DNA of 56,273 nucleotides, filler included, from Basidiobolus ranarum (Eukaryota): NCBI GenBank assembly GCA_040143965.1. It is 6 parts of 6 records of this genome, joined end to end, with 100 filler letters (N's around TTAATTAATTAA, not from the genome) between each part and the next. Parts side by side here need not be neighbours in the genome. Positions count along the whole stretch, not along the records: positions 46,996 to 56,273 come from JASJQH010000847.1; 5 more parts are not named here. One strand, 5' to 3'. Shown piece by piece: positions 49,052 to 56,273 of this stretch (position 1 is its first letter; each line of letters starts with the position of its first letter). The notes under the pieces were generated by a model. It saw only the letters and a program-made list of their open reading frames with translations, ran no database searches and was not told where the DNA came from. The position numbers and the translations under genes were made by a program.

Positions 49052-50398
49052 CTATTTTTTCCAGTTAGCCGAGTTGGATCGTTTATGATTTTGGGCCGGA
49101 GTTTTCGAGGATTCGTTGACTGCAACAAGAGCCAGCACGTCCATGGAGTTCGTATCTACGTGTCCCATGGAGAAAGCCCGTTTCCGGAGTGGCTTTAGCG
49201 TGGTAAGTTCACAGTTGGGTGGTTGTACAGAGCTATATGTTGTTGCGAAGAACGTTGTGACAGGACTTACTTCGCCAAGATATACCTGGGGCTCAAGAGT
49301 TTGTGGATGCTCGTGCAAGCCAGCCTCGGAGGTGTTCTGAGGAACAAACTTGAAGCTTGTAGATGAAGAGCTGTGCTGATCCGAGGTTGGTGTCATTAGA
49401 AGAGAGTCACGTGTCGGCGAGTTCCATCGTGGACTTGATAGTCCCGGAACCGAACTGGTAGCGGATTTCAAAGGGGATAGCAATGTTTGCATTGAAAATC
49501 TAGATTGAGAGAGAGGCGAAAGAGATTGCCCATATGGGGATATAGGACTGGGAAGCATATTGAATGTTGGTGAGACGACTTTGATAGGTGGTGGGATTCG
49601 CTGCTTGTAATTGGGTTGGCTCTCAGATGGTGGCTCATTTTGGTATCGGAGATATTGGGAAGACGGATAAGTATGGGCTGGTGTAGATTTATTATTAGCT
49701 TCTTCCTTCGCACTGGCTGATATACGCTGATTCGCAGGAGACGACTTCTTCCCTTGTTTCTGGTTGCTCTGTCGATTGGCAGCCTCCAATCTTTCTCTAT
49801 TGACCTTTGCGCGTCTGTTCTGGAACCAAACCTAATAAAACGTATTGAATATCACTGATCAAAAGCTGAGAAGCCAATGGACTCATACCTGGATCTCTCT
49901 GTTCGTCATGTTGAGTTTCTTAGCTAGCTTTTCACGAATATCAAAGCTAGGAGAGTCGGTTTTCTCAAACATGGCTAAAAGGTCCTCTAGTTGTTCAGGG
50001 GTGATTTTTTTTCTTTTGGCCTGAGACTGGCCAGGTTGATGTGGTGTTACTGTTACTGTGGTGAAGGGAAATGTAGTGAATGTGGATATGGTTGATCCAT
50101 TGGAGCTCACGCTTCTGGTTGAGCTGAATTCTCCTCGGTTGTGATCACCACCACGACCTGTGGTAGAGAATGGGTTGAACTCTTTGCTTTTGTTTTTCAG
50201 CTTTTTCCCTTCACGGAAGTCATCGCCATTGACCGAAAATGTGGGACCGGTTGGAGAAGACCTGGCATCCACCGAGTTATATGGTATATTGCAGCCGTTA
50301 CTCTCGGGCTCGGGATTGAGTAAAGCAGTAAGGCTGGCTGGATGATGTCTGATAACTTTCTCAGACTGTCCAGTGGATTTAGAGTCTGATGGGGTCAT
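49052..50398 (-). CDS. Homeodomain transcription factor. Exons 49889-50398 and 49052-49831, ~429 aa
   Basis: KRKKITPEQLEDLLAMFEKTDSPSFDIREKLAKKLNMTNREIQ|VWFQNRRAK after removing intron 49832-49888. Confidence 0.93.
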
Positions 50399-52632
50399 TG
50401 TTTAATCAAGAAAGGGAAAGTTGAGTCTGATGATTAAAGAAAACTAGCAAAGCTTCTAAATCACTTCCTTGGATCGATGTTTTTAAAGAAAAGGGCGGAG
50501 AAAACAGGGAAGTTCAAGAGAAAGGAGATATTTAAGTAATGCGCGAACTAGGACCTAATCCTCCAGTCATTGGTACAACCATGATTTAACCGAATCTTCA
50601 GGTCACTGCCTAACAGAAGCGATAATTTGCCCAAACAAGAGATTCGGGACGTTTTCTTTGAAGAAGCATCCATGTCAATTTGATGCGATTTGATGCGAAT
50701 CATGACTGCATTAGTATATCACCCCGACATGGCTTTGTTCACTTTTTATGGGATTTTTCAAAACGGGAAATTATGGCAATCAGTGTTCATTTTATCGAAT
50801 ATGTATTCCGCAAAGCCTGGGAATATCCAAACTATCCAAAATTCATCGATATTTAGACATGGTTTGCAGGCGCGTGATTAGTGTAGAGTCAAGATACTTT
50901 CGAATAGTCTGTTCGCTTCTACTCCACATTATTCATGACTATTTTATGAAGAGTGGCTCTTGAGATCTCCAATAAGAGAGGCGTGGCTGAAAACCACTTA
51001 CCAATCACTTGTCTACGCCTCTTTGTTTAGCGCAGAAAAGATGTACACAAAAAATGTGGAAGGCCGGGTAAATCATTAAACAGAAACAGATCAAGTCAGA
51101 GTTAAAGAAAGTTATTATTAGCAGTATATGAGGTGAGGTTTAAACAGCATCAGCTCCACGAGTTAAAGGGAATGTCATATTTCCGCAACAAGTAGCTGGT
51201 ACAACGTATTACAAGTACACAATACTACCCATTATATATATACACAATATTTCCCATTATATCCCCCTGTGCACCATCTTTTACCCTCCTTTTACAGAAA
51301 TATGTTTCTAAGCTGAGTAAGTTGCGCTGATAAACACAATACAGGCAAACAGGGTCTAACTGAATACTCGCTAAGATGCCTTTGGGATTGATCAGTATAT
51401 TTGGAATGATCGGGTGTTGATCGCGTTGTTGATCGGATCGCATCCGGAATTAGAGTTAAACTTTGCTTATATTACACACCAAGATCGGTATAACAATGTA
51501 TCTAGATCATGACGTTTGTTACGTTATTAATACCTCTATTCAAGTGGAGCATGAGTCGTGCATATCAAACAATTCGCCTCTACTTCCGTTTCTGCTCCCA
51601 ATTATTTCATCAACATGGAGTCAATCAAGCAGAGGAGGTTGTGTATGATCGAGTGATGCTGCCTACCCTAATCTAGTTGCGGACACCGATACTAACCCTC
51701 CCATCCTCTGGGCTTCTGATCTACTAGTCCTGGGTACTCTGGCCCTCATACTCTTGCCAACCGTCATTCAGCTAAGGAAGGATTATTGTTAATTCTTCGG
51801 TAAATTTCCACTTCTCATACATTAATGCCCACGCAATCAGAATGAAGGGGATTTACCAAAATTAGGGCAAAGTGCTCTTCCATTGTCATCTTTAGAGCCA
51901 ATCACACTCTGATATCAAGTGGATGCTTAGAGTTAGGCTGGGCCTAAACAGTTTCAGTACCGAAGTTCGCAATCTATACTGTCCAGAACTCGAGACAGGT
52001 GATGGATTACTGCGATCTCATTCGGTCCACGCGAATTATGTGAAAGTTATCAAATCACCGCTCTTGTAGCTCGAAACAGCCTATGGATGAGTTGTTTCAA
52101 TCTGTGCATGTTTCCTTTGTTGTGTCGTTCCGGAGAATCTACTCTCCAATCATACTCCGTTGTGGCTCCTCATTTTAATATGCTTTTTTCTATTGTCAGT
52201 CCTGATTCTGGTGCGGATTGATCCGGAAGCGTTTGATTTTCTAGCAAAATGGGGCAAAAATGAGAATGGTGCATTTATATATAAAGGACCATACCGACCA
52301 AATAGGTGCACCTGTTTTGCTGTTTGATTGAGTCTTAAATCAAATCCTTCCACTCACCCCTGACCACCACCTGCTTCATCTTCAAACTTTACCATTATTC
52401 TTACTCTGTTCTATACACTCCACTCTCTCTATTGAAACAATTGTCCCTTCTCTCTTTTACATCCATTCATTCCATTTGTACTTTTAGCTTAAAGTCACGA
52501 GTGTTAGCGCAACTATATTATCCTTTGCATTTTCTATAACTCTACATTTTTTTTTGGTAAACACTTTTTCAGCCCAACTTCGTGCCTTTCTGCGTGTTCC
52601 TATTTTCTAACCACATTGCTTCTGTAGTGTTG

Positions 52633-54375
52633 ATGAATTCCGTGGAGTACTTTTTACCTCAAGTGCTCTCCAAAACAACTAGAAGATTAAGTTACAAAAT
52701 TTACGATCACCCTATTGAAATGCTGCATAGCCTGTCCGCACCAGAAACCCATAGTTTAGATAACGACTCTTTACACTTCAATACCACCACTAAGGCTGAG
52801 AGCAAGCTTGGAAAGCCTACTATCATAACTAACTCAGAGGCTTTGCACTCTGACGACGTATGGCGAGCATCAAATGAACCTCATAGTTCTACTGATCTTT
52901 CCCAGGATAGTTCTAATGAGGATCAAAGTGAAGATGCCATTGATTCTCCAGATGAACCTTTGTACTCTACTTCGATCTCGCTTCTCCCATATCGGAATCA
53001 AGTAGGTGGTCATACGCCCCTTCTGAGATTCTCACGAAAAGCTCTTTGCAAGCCGTTGAACGTACACGAAAGAGATTTCTACGAACACATTGAAACCCAC
53101 CATCCTGAATTACTTCCTTTCACTGCAAAGTATATAGGAGTTATCAATATTAAATTCAAGACAGAGCTCTCAGGTGACTTAATCCCAGAGTTTGTATTCA
53201 CTGAAAACAAGCATATTTTACCTGATTGGCTGATCAGGAAACTCTCATTCCACGATTCAAATGAAGTGTTATTCAACAGATCGTGTCCTGGCTTATCGAA
53301 AGTGAACAACGAATTAAAAGAACAAATCATTAAGGAGCTCTTGTCACCCACTTGCAAAAACTCTGAGCCAGGGTCCTCCGGTTCTGAAAAGAAGAGTGAC
53401 TCCTCCAAACATGTCCTTCGAAGACGTAAATCCACACCAATGGTGAGACCAACTATAAGTAGAAAATCTAGCAGGGACAATGAGTCCTCATCCGGCTCAA
53501 TCCAGGACCCTTCTGTCTCCAACAACCATGATAACTTCACCAATCCTTGGTCTGCTCAGTGCTATAGAAGATTCCGCTCCAACAATGCCCACCCAGAGAA
53601 CATCAACGAGTGGATGTTGCTAGAAGATTTGGTGGAGAGCGTCAAGTCCCCCTGTATTTTAGACTTGAAAATGGGAACGCGCCAGTATGGAGTAAACGCT
53701 ACCAAGAAAAAGCACGATTCGCAAACAGAAAAATGTGCAAAGAGCACCAGTAAGTCTCTAGGTGTTCGTATGTGTGGCATCCAGGTAATTGTTTTGCAGC
53801 AAATTTCTGTCAGCATATAATATTGACTCGACTGTTTCTAGGTATCCCGTCCCAAAGTTGATGAGGTTTACTACCAAAACAAATATCATGGCCGCAAGTT
53901 GGATGAAGCGGGGTTTAAATCAGCTCTTGAGGCGTATCTGTACGACGGCGAACGTGTTATCACTGAACACATCCCTACCATCGTCAGGAAGCTTCAATCT
54001 CTCTCCAGAGTAGTGAAAAGCATTGACTGCTACCGGTTCTATGCTAGTAGTCTCCTGTTTGTATATGACTCGACTGAGCCATACAATGAGCAAACGATCA
54101 GCATCAAAATGATTGATTTTGCTAATTCAGTGACTGATGCTCAAACATTACGGAAGGAGAAGGTGGTTCCCTACCCACCAACCACACCAGGCCCTGATGC
54201 TGGATACCTGCATGGGCTACGAACATTAATCTATTCCTTTCAAGAAATATGGCAGCGACATGCATCTCTCGAGGATCGCGAGCGCTTTGGGGACAGTTTA
54301 TTATCAAGTGAGTCGGATAGCGAGTGCGATATAGGCGATGCCATTTATTCTAGGAAAGTCAGTTTTACAGAATAA
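52633..54375 (+). CDS. KCS1: Inositol hexakisphosphate/polyphosphate kinase (Kcs1/IP6K-like). Exons 52633-53784 and 53842-54375; start could instead be ATG 52720
   Basis: QVGGH, PCILDLKMG (PxxxDxKxG), STS.SLGVRMCG.Q, NKY.GR, SSLL and MIDF motifs. Intron 53785-53841 is phase 0. Confidence 0.9.
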
Positions 54376-55124
54376 GCAGTACCCTCAGCAACATTTTGAT
54401 GAACACATAGATCCCGGCTGGTTCCTATCTATCACGTATCAATTATTTATCACCATAATTCATCCCCGTTTTCTCACGAAGAGCGCATGTACAAATGAAT
54501 TCACGTGTATTTTTTACTTCACCCATCATGCATAGACTAGATTAGCTCACTCCGCTTCCTTCTTCTCATCTGCTCTACCCTGCTCTGCTGCTCACTATAT
54601 CTTTGATTCATTTAATCCCATTGACAATGTATATTTCTCCATATTCTCTCTCTCTTCTCCCATCATCCATATTAGCTTTGTTAATAAAATCAAATCCAAT
54701 TCCTATTCCTTGTCCATATTGATTCTTACTGCTTGCCATATTGATCCTATTCCTGCTAGAGGGCTATCGAACTGCCGAATTGGGAACTTCTAATTGCGAT
54801 AAATGATTTGTTTTCTTCCTTTATTTGGTACAATCTTCTTTGTATAGAAAAAGCCTGTCTTTTTTTGTCCCAAGATTAGCGCATTTTATGCAAGTAGATT
54901 TCCCCAAATGAAATTGCCAAGCCAATAAATTGTTCTAGATATGAGACACACGCCACGTTAAGTCCCAGTAGTGATACAATTCCTTCAAAGTTTGGAAATT
55001 AGATGAGTGGATCGGAACCTTTCAACCGTATTTCTCACTGTTCCTTGGGTCAGGATTATTCTCCTATGGACATGTGGGAATTGTATGGAGGTTTACTAAT
55101 TTCAAAGTCCAATTGATTCATGAT

Positions 55125-55163
55125 CATGGTTATGGTTATGGTTATGGTCATGGTTATGGTCAT
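55125..55163 (+). repeat. Hexamer microsatellite (ATGGTY)n
   Basis: CATGGTTATGGTTATGGTTATGGTCATGGTTATGGTCAT. Confidence 0.9.
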
Positions 55164-55559
55164 TGTGATGGTATGATCCATAACATTCATTCTCATAAGA
55201 GTACCGTAAAGGATGAGCTATAGAATAGATATATTTGTAGTTACTCAACTAACTGTTAATCTAGATTCACCCCTACTTAACGTAATCTACCTCAATAAGA
55301 TCCCTTGATCTCCGTTCCGTGATTGCATGATTATTGAAATTGTACCAGGAAAATAGAACTCTTTATCCAAACAATCTTAACTTAAAATTGTACATCCGCT
55401 GATTATACTTTCGATGACAATACACTCGTCCAATAAAATATCCAAAATTCTATACTCAAACTCTCATAAATCTACGGCACTTGATTACTATTCAAATTTA
55501 TGTTGACAACTATAAAATTGATTAAATATACTACTTTTATCTGTTTATACCTATGTACT

Positions 55560-56260
55560 GGGTATTATCTTAGTTCAATATGGGATAACCAAGTACTAAG
55601 CTATATGCGACTATATAGGTGTTTAGGCAATGCTAATTTTAACAGATTTCTGGTCAATAAATCATTTTCTCTAAAGTTAATCATATTTCTTTGCACTGAT
55701 GCTCTAAGAACTTTCCTTAACACAGTCTGAATCATTATTTGTTTACCTCATGAAAAAATTGTAAATATCAACTTTCTGCTCAATAAATCAATAAGTGAAA
55801 ACCACCAATTCCTCTAATTCTCCGGACCACCTGCAACAGGCTCTCAACATACTTTAACAGGCTATGAACCCAAAGTTTGCACTCCCTATAGTGATATTGT
55901 CTCAAAATTCCTGGAACTATTCCCTCTTTGGAAAAATTGGATGGAACCCATCATCAAGTTTGAAAAATATAAAGTAAGTACTACTACAAGAAAAAAGACT
56001 TTGAGATACTGTTGTGGGAGAAGAAAATAACACAAATTGCTCTGAAACCAAAGTTTTACTCTATTGGGAAAATATGGGCTGTTTGGAGGAACTTTAGAAA
56101 AGTGGAGTTGTGAATAGCGTTGTGAGATAATTATTTATTGACCAGAAATTAAGCATTTCTACATTTTGGTGGAAATACAGAAAACTACCACTGGGGTTGT
56201 GTTCAAAACTTCTGTGGGAGTAAATTGAGCTATCTTTGGGGCTATTTGGACGAGTCTGAT
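55560..56260. mobile_element. Decayed dispersed-repeat mosaic, same family as 29330-30340 and 36829-37374
   Basis: 55594-55644 matches the 37324-37374 arm. About 55690-55860 matches the reverse complement of ~37030-37200. Inverted pair 55646-55671 / 56124-56149 (24/26). Confidence 0.6.
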
Positions 56261-56273
56261 ATTTCCAATTTGT

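Noticed and set aside
1407-54535. Numerous 60-155 aa ORFs antisense to or overlapping the annotated genes
   Set aside because: Shadow frames of real coding sequence, or intron read-through extensions starting at TTG/GTG; no independent motifs.

Overview
Eukaryotic, fungal genomic DNA: AT-rich intergenic sequence and short GT-AG introns of about 55-110 bp. The gene content fits an early-diverging fungus; Basidiobolus-like is plausible, but that is inference only. The window is not one locus. It is six separate contigs of decreasing length (9318, 9312, 9300, 9284, 9281, 9278 bp) joined by artificial 100-bp N44-TTAATTAATTAA-N44 linkers, so nothing is syntenic across a linker. Contig 1: two tandem PTR2/POT peptide transporters. 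Contig 2: a truncated myosin-motor chitin synthase and a SulP anion transporter. Contig 3: a secreted orphan, an ACS-family MFS transporter, two intronless bacterial-type genes (Actinobacteria-like methyltransferase, small catalase-like heme protein) and a 31-aa Q/N/Y/R/G repeat gene. Contig 4: decayed repeats, a tandem-PAS gene and a MITE-like inverted repeat. Contig 5: a dual hybrid histidine kinase and a trihelix/Myb-SANT factor. Contig 6: a nad5 NUMT, SEC20, a homeobox factor and KCS1/IP6K. The most notable result is not visible in the ORF track. The dual histidine kinase appears to take its start codon and first ~58 aa from spliced exons encoding the FAD-binding beta-alpha-beta N-terminus of an AMID/AIFM2(FSP1)-like oxidoreductase, and a candidate alternative splice donor lies at the junction. 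All family assignments come from motif recognition by eye; no database search was run.
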